From Macrostomum lignano (Eukaryota), in the NCBI GenBank assembly GCA_002269645.1, contig NIVC01002921.1, positions 65,835 to 129,834 of the forward strand: DNA of 64,000 nt, given 5' to 3'. Both the position numbers and the translations under genes were made by a program. The notes under the pieces were generated by a model. The model saw only the letters and a list, made by a program, of their open reading frames with translations. It searched no databases and had not been told where the DNA came from. How positions within the stretch are numbered: the first letter of the stretch is position 1; each line of letters starts with the position of its first letter. Shown one piece after another: positions 38,801-50,798 of this stretch.

Positions 38801-39592
38801 ACCCCAGAAAGTCACTCCCAGCACCCCAGAAAGTCACTCCCAGCACCCCAGAAAGTCACTCCCAGCACCCCAGAAAGTCACTCCCAGCACCCCAGAGAGC
38901 CACTCCCAGCACACCAGAAAGTCACTCCCAGCACCCCAGAAAGTCACTCCCAGCACCCCAGAAAGTCACTCCCAGCACCCCAGAAAGTCACTCCCAGCAC
39001 CCCAGAAAGTCACTCCCAGCACCCTAGAAAGTCACTCCCAGCACCCCAGAAAGTCACTCCCAGCACCCCAGAAAGTCACTCCCTGCCACCCCAGAAAGTC
39101 ACTCCCAGCACCCCAGAAAGTCACTCCCAGCACCCCAGAAAGTCACTCCCAGCCACCCCAGAAAGTCACTCCCAGCACCCCAGAAAGTCATTCCCAGCAC
39201 CTTAGAAAGTCACTCCCAGTACCTCAGAAAGTCACTCCCAGCACCCCAGAAAGTCACTCCCAGCACCCCAGAAAGTCACTCTAGCTTCACTCCAACTCAC
39301 CCGCCAGCATCGCCTGCTGGCTGTTCAACGCAGCTAGCTGGCCGCCGAGTCCGGTTCCCGCAGTCTGGGCAAAGTAGGCCGCAGCGGCGGCGGCGGCGGC
39401 AGAAGACTGCGAGGCTGGCAGCAGCGCGGCGGGTGGCAACAACAGTCCAGGCGGCTGCTGCTGCTGCTGCACCTGGGCAAATGCGGCCAGGAATGCCTGC
39501 TGCTGCTGCTGCGATGCAGAGCCGGAGGCCATGACAGCCTGGCTGGGGTACAGCAGCTGGGCACTTGACAGCGAGTAGAGCTGCATCTGCAT
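35823..39592 (-). CDS. Q/A/H-rich protein with a Smaug/Vts1/ZCCHC14-type SAM domain; internal exons uncertain
   Basis: Last exon about 36310-35823 encodes WLKAHRMHKYHDRLKKYSFDRLLNLDRADLEAEQFTQGAIKKLL followed by polyH/polyQ. First exon 39592-39301 (MQMQLYSL..QQQQ..AMLAG|GTGAGT). Donor-flanked candidate exons at 38556-38497 and about 37295-37118. I could not join all phases, so at least one exon is missing or misplaced. Confidence 0.75.
36395..37096. repeat. 22-nt minisatellite (GAGGCGCTAGAAGAGAACAGGT)n, SAM gene intron
   Basis: Period 22 (36661 to 36683). Confidence 0.94.
38700..39285. repeat. 22-nt minisatellite (GAAAGTCACTCCCAGCACCCCA)n, SAM gene intron; degenerate second array at about 37400-37785
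   Basis: Period 22 (38821 to 38843); the GAAAGTCACTC core recurs in eroded form at 37.4-37.8 kb. Confidence 0.93.
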
Positions 39593-41241
39593 CGCTGGCT
39601 TGGCTAACAGGCGAATGAATTTGCAAAACAATCAGATATGGATGGCAGAGACAGAGGTAGGCAGAGAGTTGGTCACTTAAAACTCGGCCAGAGCAGGTGC
39701 TTTTTGCCTTTTATTTTAACTTGCTCCGTAAGCTATTCTCGAGACCGAGTGGCGTGAGAGAGGGAGAGAGAGAGAGAGAGAGAGAGAGAAATTGAGAAAT
39801 ATACACAGAGAGAAATGAATATGAATGGCGGTTAACCCCCCCCCCCTGCAGGTAGTTGTTGAGGTCGGGTTTTAGCGAGAGATCTTAGCGAGAGCTCTCA
39901 TTGGCTGGAGATGCAAGCAGACTGGGAGACTGGGGGGGGGGGGTTGAAGGACACTAAAGCCAATAAATTGGGGAATTTACGAGCTGAGCTGCTGGTTGAC
40001 GAATGCGAGAAAACGAGAGTAGGTTTTTTGGCGATCATTTTGCTTTGATAGTGAGACTGCATTCTTTCATTCTCCTTCTGTACTGACTCGATCTGATTAT
40101 GCTATTCTTCTGCCTTTTCCGCCTTCTTGAGATCATTAATCTCTGTTAGAAAACTCGCACATCTACTTCTTGTGCCCCGCAGTCTCACTTTCTCACGAAT
40201 CTCATTCTCCTCATGCATCTCATTCTCCTAATGCATCTCATTCTCCTCATGCATCTCATTCTCCTTCTCATGCATCTCATTCTCCTAATGCATCTCATTC
40301 TCCTCATGCATCTCATTCTCCTTCTCATGCATCTCATTCTCCTTCTCATGCATCTCATTCTCCTTCTCATGCATCTCACTCTCCTTCTCATGAATCTCAT
40401 TCTCCTTCTCATGCATCTCACTCTCCTTCTCATGCATCTCATTCTCCTTCTCATTCACCTCACTCTCCTTCTCATGCATCTCTCCCTCACACATCTATCT
40501 GATAAGCCTCCTTCTCATGCATTTCGCTACCAAAAAGCCTATTAAATTTAACTTCTAGCGAGGTAATTGCTCAGTAGAGGTGAAACTGCCAACCGCTGGA
40601 ATTAAAAATTAGTTAAACAAAGACGCAGATCGTTATGCTGTGAGAAAGCCACTTTCTATGCACCTGTTGCGCAAATATTAACAACACCGTTAATTTAGCT
40701 TGGGAACCAAGGCAAAGGCCCAATAATGAGTTAATATGCATATGAAACTCGGTACAGGGCTGCAGGTTCAGCTCTCTGCATGGCCGCTGCCCGTCCAACA
40801 CTGTTGCGCATAAACAAAATGGCTTTTTTGCAACTCTTTCAAACCACCTTCAGGCTTTCTCTAATTCTTTAAAAGGCACTGCAGTCAGTGCTGGTTTCTT
40901 TTCATAAGCTGCATTAGCTGAATATGACTAAGTGCTAATGTGCTGCGTTGCGCTTTGCATGCCGAGTTTTTCTGCCCTCGAGACTTTTTTGGCTTTGATT
41001 TTGCTTTAATAAATTATGCCTGTAGCTACGAGCGCAAGTGAATGGGGACCAGCAGTTTTCTTGCAGCTTTCTTCTCAGTCTGACAGCAGTATGCGCCAGC
41101 AAAATTTGAATTCTTTTTAGAGATGTCAATAGCACTCAAAGTAGCAGCCGACTAGCTCACAGCCAAAGACCACATCTAGCTCATAGGATGGGCGGTTATA
41201 GACCCACACCCTGCATGAGAGGCCACAGGCAACAAACAAAC

Positions 41242-41717
<476 letters not shown>

Positions 41718-41905
41718 TGACAATCAAATAAAAAATATACTTTTCTGCGATTGACAATGGACAATTTGGATAATTTTGACACTGTTAGTAGTGTCCAGTC
41801 TATTTTATTTTCACTTTGCTTTGAATTCGCTTTAATCAGTGCATTTTATTACTTCCTGTGAGTGTTTCTTTTTAACAAATGATCAAGACTTTAGGGGATA
41901 AAACT

Positions 41906-42150
41906 TCAGCCAACGATCCAGACATATCCAGTCTCGTTGGCGAAGGCGGTGGCGAAGCTGCTGAGGCGGCAGAGGCCGCTGCTGCTGTTGAAGCGATAGG
42001 AGGAGCAGCTGGCAGTCCGGGCGCAGGAGGCGGTGCACTTCATCCGGCTCTGCGTCTTGACGTCCCAGCCCAGGGAGCCGGCGAATGCAGCGGTGGTGAC
42101 CAGCGGAGGAGCGGCAGAGGCGGCGAACTTGCGAAAATTTATCTGGGATC
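41906..42150 (-). other. WSC-PAN family copy A: orphan, intact terminal PAN/apple exon
   Basis: Acceptor TTGCAG|GA at 42151/42150, 245-nt open frame (..SQINFRKF..MKCTASCARTASCSSYRFNSSSGLCRLSS..YVWIVG*) and AATAAA at about 41804-41809. Only 59 nt of the upstream intron remain and it has no WSC exon of its own. Confidence 0.85.
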
Positions 42151-42209
42151 CTGCAACCGGAGAATGATGAGGCTGAACATCGCCGAGTTGAATACCATTT
42201 AACATACCA

Positions 42210-42680
42210 CTCTCCTTCTCATGCATCTCATTCTCCTTCTCATGCATCTCATTCTCCTTCTCATGCATCTCACTCTCCTTCTCATGAATCTCATTCTCCT
42301 TCTCATGCATCTCACTCTCCTTCTCATGCATCTCATTCTCCTTCTCATGCATCTCACTCTCCTTCTCATGCATCTCATTCTCCTTCTCATGCATCTCACT
42401 CTCCTTCTCATGCATCTCATTCTCCTTCTCATGCATCTCACTCTCCTTCTCATGAATCTCATTCTCCTTCTCATGCATCTCACTCTCCTTCTCATGCATC
42501 TCAGTCTCCTTCTCATGAATCTCATTCTCCTTCTCATGCATCTCACTCTCCTTCTCATGCATCTCAGTCTCCTTCTCATGAATCTCACTCTCCTTCTCAT
42601 GCATCTCATTCTCCTTCTCATTCATCTCATTCTCCTTCTCATTCACCTCATTCACCTCACTCTCCTTCTCATGCATCTCT
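42210..42680. repeat. 21-nt minisatellite (CTCCTTCTCATGCATCTCAYT)n; sister array at 40190-40490
   Basis: Direct inspection; source of the MHEKENE, MRRRMRC and LLMHLI ORFs. Confidence 0.95.
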
Positions 42681-43442
42681 CCCTCACACATCTATCTGAT
42701 AAGCCTCCTTCTCATGCATTTCGCTACCAAAAAGCCTATTAAATTTAACTTCTAGCGAGGTAATTGCTCAGTAGAGGTGAAACTGCCAACCGCTGGAATT
42801 AAAAATTAGTTAAACAAAGACGCAGATCGTTATGCTGTGAGAAAGCCACTTTCTATGCACCTGTTGCGCAAATATTAACAACACCGTTAATTTAGCTTGG
42901 GAACCAAGGCAAAGGCCCAATAATGAGTTAATATGCATATGAAACTCGGTACAGGGCTGCAGGTTCAGCTCTCTGCATGGCCGCTGCCCGTCCAACACTG
43001 TTGCGCATAAACAAAATGGCTTTTTTGCAACTCTTTCAAACCACCTTCAGGCTTTCTCTAATTCTTTAAAAGGCACTGCAGTCAGTGCTGGTTTCTTTTC
43101 ATAAGCTGCATTAGCTGAATATGACTAAGTGCTAATGTGCTGCGTTGCGCTTTGCATGCCGAGTTTTTCTGCCCTCGAGACTTTTTTGGCTTTGATTTTG
43201 CTTTAATAAATTATGCCTGTAGCTACGAGCGCAAGTGAATGGGGACCAGCAGTTTTCTTGCAGCTTTCTTCTCAGTCTGACAGCAGTATGCGCCAGCAAA
43301 ATTTGAATTCTTTTTAGAGATGTCAATAGCACTCAAAGTAGCAGCCGACTAGCTCACAGCCAAAGACCACATCTAGCTCATAGGATGGGCGGTTATAGAC
43401 CCACACCCTGCATGAGAGGCCACAGGCAACAAACAAACAAAC

Positions 43443-44770
<1,328 letters not shown>

Positions 44771-44949
44771 TGACAATCAAATAAAAAATATACTTTTCTG
44801 CGATTGACAATGGACAATTTGGATAATTTTGACACTGTTAGTAGTGTCCAGTCTATTTTATTTTCACTTTGCTTTGAATTCGCTTTAATCAGTGCATTTT
44901 ATTACCTCCTGTGAGTGTTTCTTTTTAACAAATGATCAAGACTTTAGGC

Positions 44950-45722
44950 TCAATTGGGGATAAAACTTCCGCCAACGATCCAGACATATCCAGTCTCGTT
45001 GGCGAAGGCGGTGGCGAAGCTGCTGAGGCGGCAGAGGCCGCTGCTGCTGTTGAAGCGATAGGAGGAGCAGCTGGCAGTCCGGGCGCAGAAGGCGGCGCAC
45101 TGCATCCGGCTCTGCGTCTTGACGTCCCAGCCCAGGGAGCCGGCGAATGCAGCGGTGGTGACCAGCGGAGGAGCGGCAGAGGCGGCGAACTTGCGAAAAT
45201 TGATCGGTGATCCTGAAACCGGAGAATGATGAGGTTGGACATCGCCGAGTTGAATACCATTTAACATACCAAAGCACTCGGTAGCGTTCGCTCACTCGTT
45301 GGCTGAAAATTCTCGTAGATGGAGTTTCTGAACCCTCCGCCGCAGATCTGGCCAGCATTCCCAGAGCAGCTGGTGCTGCACTCAGAGTCTGGCGCGGGAC
45401 CCGAGGAGCCGTAGCTGGAGCCGCACATGCAGTGCCTGAAATGCTGCAGTCCGAAGTACCGGAAGCCGCCGTAGACGCAGATCTCGCTGCACAGCTGCAC
45501 CGTCATGTCGGCTCTTTTTACAGCCGCCTGGGCCATGTAGGTGACGCTGAACGGGCCGAGCTGGGCGATGCCAACGAGGCCCCGCAAGTCTCTGCTGGGA
45601 GCAGCTCGGTCTCTGAAGCAGCCGACGTAGACCGGAGTGGCTCTGCGCTGGCACAGCGACCCGGAGACCAGCAGAGCGGCCACCGCAACACTGAGCAATG
45701 CTGTGCGACTGCACTGTTGCAT
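44950..45722 (-). CDS. Secreted WSC+PAN protein, copy B (229 aa, 2 exons)
   Basis: Exon 1 45722-45296: signal peptide plus WSC (YVGCF.D, MTVQLC..IC, GFRYFGLQ..CMC, EC...CSGN.GQICGG, RNSIY). 83-nt phase-1 intron GTGAGC..TTTCAG. Exon 2 45212-44950: 4-Cys PAN motif CAAFCARTASCSSYRFNSSSGLCRL. Confidence 0.9.
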
Positions 45723-46395
45723 CGAAACCTGTCTGCCTGGAGTGGTTTTTCACCTGCGAGTATATGGCATTTCGCATAAATATGAGCTGTGTTGTAGATA
45801 GAATCAATACCAGCTAGTCTGCCCTAGTCTGACACTTTTAAATTCTTTTTTTACTACTTGGTAACTTGATGATGAGAAGGACGGCGTGCATGCAAACCAT
45901 ATGCAGCCTTTCTCAGAGGAAGGCGGTTACAGAAATCGCTTGAAACTGGAGACTGATTGGAGCGATGAGGTGTTAGATGCTGGGGTGAATGAGCCGTTGG
46001 GACATACGTTCTCTTGACAGGTTTCTTAAACTCAAAAGAATATTTACTCTGATAGATATTGATTGACAGCTTTTCCGATTTGCTGCCTGTCAGTTGGTTC
46101 GAGAGAATTCTACTAAAAATTAAACTCATGTAGTGAGCCGCTAGTTTAGTGTTAGGCGTCCCCCCTTTGTCAGCAGTTTTCTTCGCCCTCGCCCTCGCGG
46201 GTCGCTGTCTGCCGCTGGTCAGCCTCCCGCACCCTCTTGTCTGCCTGTTTGCCGTTCCCGCTCCCCCTTTTTCTGTCTGTTTTCTGCGCTCTTGTTTGCA
46301 GACATGATTTTCCCTGCTGTGGTCTGCTCTTGTTTCCGTTCCCGTCCTGTGGTCACAAGTCACATGACAAGTCTTGCTTTCTCGAAGTCCTAAAG

Positions 46396-46625
46396 TGCAG
46401 TAAACATGTTTACTGCAACGGCTGGTCCGTGTTTACTGGGGAATCACGTGCCCGAGGCCCTTATCTTCTCTAAGGAAAAGGGGTGACTCATGTTTCTAAA
46501 AATAGACACTGAGTCACAGCCTGGCGCACTCTGCCCGGGACCCCAAGTGACGCCAGTTCTAAAAATAGAACAAAGTCACGAGGTCTTGTGCGCATTGGGG
46601 CAGTGGAGAATCCCGCCTATAAATA
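46396..46625 (+). promoter_or_regulatory. Dense transcription-factor motif cluster with TATA (enhancer- or LTR U3-like)
   Basis: 22-bp perfect palindrome of two TGTTTAC forkhead motifs (46396-46417), third TGTTTAC 46430, CACGTG 46445, TGACTCA 46484, TGAGTCA 46510, CTAAAAATAG (MEF2 consensus) 46496 and 46559, TATAAATA 46618. Function is inferred. Confidence 0.5.
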
Positions 46626-47316
46626 CGGATCCCCTCGGCCCTCACCTCACCCTTGGATCAGTCAAGGAGTCCTTTCTCGGTTTCACTGTTCTCCAACCGT
46701 TCGTTCGTCCGCGTGTGCGTACAACTTATCATTCTTTTCTTTGCCTGACCATCCAGCCCAGGCCCGAGCCTACGAGAGGCTACCTCAGTCCTCCCAACCG
46801 CCCTATAAGCCCAACAGGATCTGCTGACGAGACGCCCTGTTCGTTGAACTGCAATTCTGCATACGGTGCTGTATTCGGTCGTCTTAATTATTTCGTCCCG
46901 ACAGAAGCTCACCTCACCAAAGGCCGAGACCCGACGGACTGGTGGCAGGCAGCACTACCTTACCTATGCTATTGAGAGCTACAAGAGAACTTCCAAGAAG
47001 AGGCGCGAGACTTAAGGCAGAAATTAAGTGCCTGTAAATCGGGAAGTGAACGCTCTATCTTCACTGGTGGCAGCGGTGATATTCCAAGACCTACCAGGCC
47101 ACCCCGAGACAACCTATACTTCACTCACATAAAGACTCTGTTTTCGTGCAAAAGACTCAAGTCTAGACACAACCGCACACCAACGTGTTATTTGAATGTT
47201 CTTTGGTTCAAGTCTGCCTCCAAAAAGCTTTCATAACCTAAATCCGGTGTATTTCTAAGAGCAAACACAGATCACAGTTCAAGTCTCTTTTTCAGGTCAG
47301 TCTGGACTCTGAATGT

Positions 47317-48056
47317 TCAGCCGACGATCCAGACATCGCCAGTCTCGTTGGCGAAGGCGGTGGCGAAGCTGCTGAGGCGGCAGAGGCCGCTGCTGCTGTT
47401 GAAGCGAAAGGAGGAGCAGCTGGCAGTCCGGGCGCAGTAGTCGGCGCAGTCGACCAGGCTCTCCGCTTTGCGTTCCCAGCCCATTGAGCCGGCGAATTCG
47501 GCAGTGGTGACCAGCGGAGGGGCGACAAAGGCAGCGAACTTGTGAAAATTGGTCAGTAATCCTGCAACACGAGAATTATGAGGTTTGGTACCAACTGAGA
47601 TTAGTGACACTTAAAACATCAAAGCTTTCGCTGCATTCGCTTACTCAATGGGTGCACGTTCTCGTAGATGGAGTTTCGGAGCGTACCGCCGCAGATCTGG
47701 CCGGCATTCCCAGAGCAGCTGGTGCTGCACTCAGATTCGGGCGTGGGACCCCAGGAGCCGTAGCTGGAGTCGCACACGCAGTTACTGTAATGCTGCACTC
47801 CGAAGTACCGGAAGCCGCCGTAGACGCAGATCTCGTAGCACAGCTGCACAGTCATGTCGCTTCTGATCACAAGTCCTTGGCTCCTGTCGCTGATGCTAAA
47901 TGGGCCGAGCTGGGCAATGCCAACGAGGCCCAGCATGTCTCTGTTGGCATGTCCTTGGTCAACAAAGCAGCCGACGTAGGCCGGAGTGGCTTTGCGCTGG
48001 CACAGCGACCCGGAGACCAGCAGAGCGGCGACAACAACGACCAGCTTGCAGCGCAT
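47317..48056 (-). CDS. Secreted WSC+PAN protein, copy C (218 aa, 2 exons)
   Basis: Exon 1 48056-47645, 83-nt phase-1 intron GTAAGC..TTGCAG, exon 2 47561-47317. All WSC and PAN cysteines are present. Confidence 0.9.
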
Positions 48057-48904
48057 TTTGAATAAGTTTTCGAGATGGGAGCATTGGTCGGGAGAATCTT
48101 CCCATATTTATTGACAACTCCTTCTTCTCCGTCAGCTCAAGAGAGGCGGAAAAAGTTTTGGCTTCTGAAGCTTCCCACTGCGGGCTCTCGCTGCAAAAGA
48201 TCGATGGCTATTCAAATAAAAAACAATGCATTTCTTCTGCTCTCGTCGTCTGACGTAGAAAAAAAGTTTAGATTTTTTTTCTGCAAGATCTCCTAAGCGG
48301 GGAACAAGTAGTGTAGCTCTGCTATAGAAAATATGCATGAATCGACTCAAAGTCAAGCTCTGGGCTGAGCTGGAGGCCCGAGATGTGGAAGAGACCCACA
48401 GCTGCCAGATGCTGCATGAACGCTTGAAAGCGAAAGATGCAGTAAGTCTCCGAATTCGTCAGTATGCAAGTAGTGTCTCTAAAATAAGGGGGCAAAACTC
48501 CCCTTACTTCTAATTTCCTTGCTTCCTCTGCATCAAAAACTGGAAATTCCGTGGGGCCCGAGGAGCCTTCTCTCTCCGGGCCGCGGGTCCTTTGAAACTC
48601 GAGGTTTATGTCTCTTCTCAGCTCTCTTACCTCTCCTCTCTCCCCTCTCACTAGTCTTTACGGTCATCTCTACTCTTCCTTATCTCTCATCCCATCTTCT
48701 CTCATCTTATCTTTCCATCTCTTATATTCTTTGAGCCCAGTGGAAAAATATTGAAAACATTCTGTGTGGATTCGAGCAAAGAACAGACTAATTTGTACAC
48801 TGAGTTGACACACCTGTCAGGATCTGTGGCTTTTGGCTCCAGCCAGATAGTCAGGTTTCTCCACTGCCAAAAGTCTTTAAATAAAAAATAAGTATTTTGC
48901 CGAC

Positions 48905-48990
48905 AAGGTCATTGACAGACCGACCAACAAAGCAGCCGTCACAGACCGGAGCTGGCGCAGCGCCCCGGGAGCCAGCAGAGCGGCCAACTT
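48905..48990 (-). pseudogene. Eroded 5' relic of another WSC-PAN paralogue (copy G)
   Basis: Minus strand TTGGCCGCTCTGCTGGCTCCCGGGGCGCTGCGCCAG..CCGGTCT..GGCTGCTTTGTTG matches the signal-peptide/YVGCFVD region of copies C and E, with indels. Confidence 0.65.
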
Positions 48991-49373
48991 AATGGCACTG
49001 GGAGCTGTCACTCAGCGTCTCTTCTTAAGTTGTGTTGTCTTGTCGAATTTCGCTGCTATTTGTATTGAAAAACAAAATTGCAAAAGCAAACGACGGCCAA
49101 GCGCTGCCCTCCGACTGTCACAGGCGGCATGAGATGAGAAAATTAATTAACAAGCTTAGTTTCAAAAAGCTGATGCTTCCAGAATCAAACTTAATTATGA
49201 TTTGGTTACTCTTGACTTATTGCTTTTTTCAATAGATTGTAACAGCTCAGTAAAACAATTAAAATGACATATCCCATTTGCAATAAATCCAGCAGATTAA
49301 AGGAACAAAACCGGAGCGTTACGTCCTGATACGGCAGCTCCTGGCGGTCAGATGCTGCCAGACGCTTGGGTCT

Positions 49374-50030
49374 TCAGCCGACGATCCAGACATCGCCAGT
49401 CTCGTTGGCGAAAGCGGTGGCGAAGCTGCTGATGTGGCAGAGGCCGCTGCTGCTGTTGAAGCGATAGGAGGAGCAGCTGGCAGTCCGGGCGCAGAAGGCG
49501 GCGCACTGCATCCGGCTCTGCGTCTTGACGTCCCAGCCCAGTGAGCCGGCGAATGCAGCGGTGGTGACCAGCGGAGGAGCGGCAGAGGCGGCGAACTTGC
49601 GAAAATTGATCGGTGATCCTGAAACCGGAGAATGATGAGGTTGGACATCGCCGAGTTGAATACCATTTAACATACCAAAGCACTCGGTAGCGTTCGCTCA
49701 CTCGTTGGCTGAAAATTCTCGTAGATGGAGTTTCTGAACCCTCCGCCGCAGATCTGGCCAGCATTCCCAGAGCAGCTGGTGCTGCACTCAGAGTCTGGCG
49801 CGGGACCCCAGGAGCAGTAGCTGGAGCCGCACATGCAGTGCCTGAAATGCTACAGTCCGAAGTACCGGAAGCCGCCATAGACGCAGATCTCGCTGCTCAG
49901 CTCCACCGTCATGTCGGCTCTTTTTACAGCCGCCTGGGCCATGTAGGTGACGCTGAACGGGCCGAGCTGGACGATGCCAACGAGGCCAGCGACCCGGAAC
50001 TAAGCAGAGCGGCCATCGCAACAGGTAACG
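49374..50030 (-). pseudogene. WSC-PAN copy D, disrupted WSC exon with intact PAN exon
   Basis: Relative to B: 73-nt frameshifting deletion (B 45581-45653) removing YVGCFRD, Cys-to-Ser in VELSSEI, and CAG-to-TAG at 49850-49852. The intron (49701-49619, 83 nt) and exon 2 (49618-49374) are intact. Confidence 0.9.
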
Positions 50031-50798
50031 CATGCTGAGCACGGATACGTAGACTAGTTCGGATAGTGAGCCTTCTTCTCCCTTTGCACAGAGAATTTGA
50101 GAGTTGCTGCCTTTATTCTGGTGGTGGAGCAGCAGCACTGCATGTTGCAATGCGTTTCTCACTAAGAAGAATTTTGCTGGGTTCACAAATATAGACAGAG
50201 CTGTTAAGCTGGAATCCTAGAGAAATTTGATTCTCCAGGTCTCAGTTGCCTGTCAGAGGCTCACTGACACAGAGGGTCTTCAACTACCTAATTGGATTCG
50301 ATTCCGTGTTGGTAGATGATGGCAGCGGTTCTGCCTGACGATCTGCGCTGCACTCAGCTCAGCTGCACTATCTACCTACAACAGTAACTTCTAGTGGTCC
50401 TTGACTCCGCTATCAGCAGATCGAGGGCTATTTTCATGTAATCAGTCTAGGATGCAGGTTGGCTGATCAGCTGCTGAGATCATCAACCTCTCCCTCCGGC
50501 CTCAGGATTTGTACGGTATTCATTCAGTGCGAAGTCACGTTTCTGAAGTCTTAACCAATAACTGTATATACTACAACCGTCAACAAAATATTGAAAAATT
50601 TTAATGACGATTGCCTTATTCTAGAGTTTCATACGCTCGTAAAAGGTGAAAATCGTTTTCGGGTCACTCATAATATATTTTCAAAATAGAAAGTTTCTCT
50701 TCCAAATTGTTCCTTACATCGAAACGCGTTTTGTATTTGGGCATTCCCCGATATAATCACTGCTGTGTTTCCAAAGCTCCAAAAAACAGCTCTGAGAC

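Noticed and set aside
44925-45260. Ala/Pro/Ser-rich ORFs (DHRSIFASSPPLPLL..) as the true second exon via the TTG|GTATGT donor
   Set aside because: The upstream GTGAGC donor aligns with the GTAAGC/GTAAGT donors of C and E and yields the Cys-conserved PAN frame; the Pro-rich frame is a shadow ORF.
46490-47240. Retrotransposon gag or accessory ORF
   Set aside because: No zinc knuckle, protease or RT motif, and the frame is interrupted by a stop at 46975; only the regulatory-like motifs were kept.
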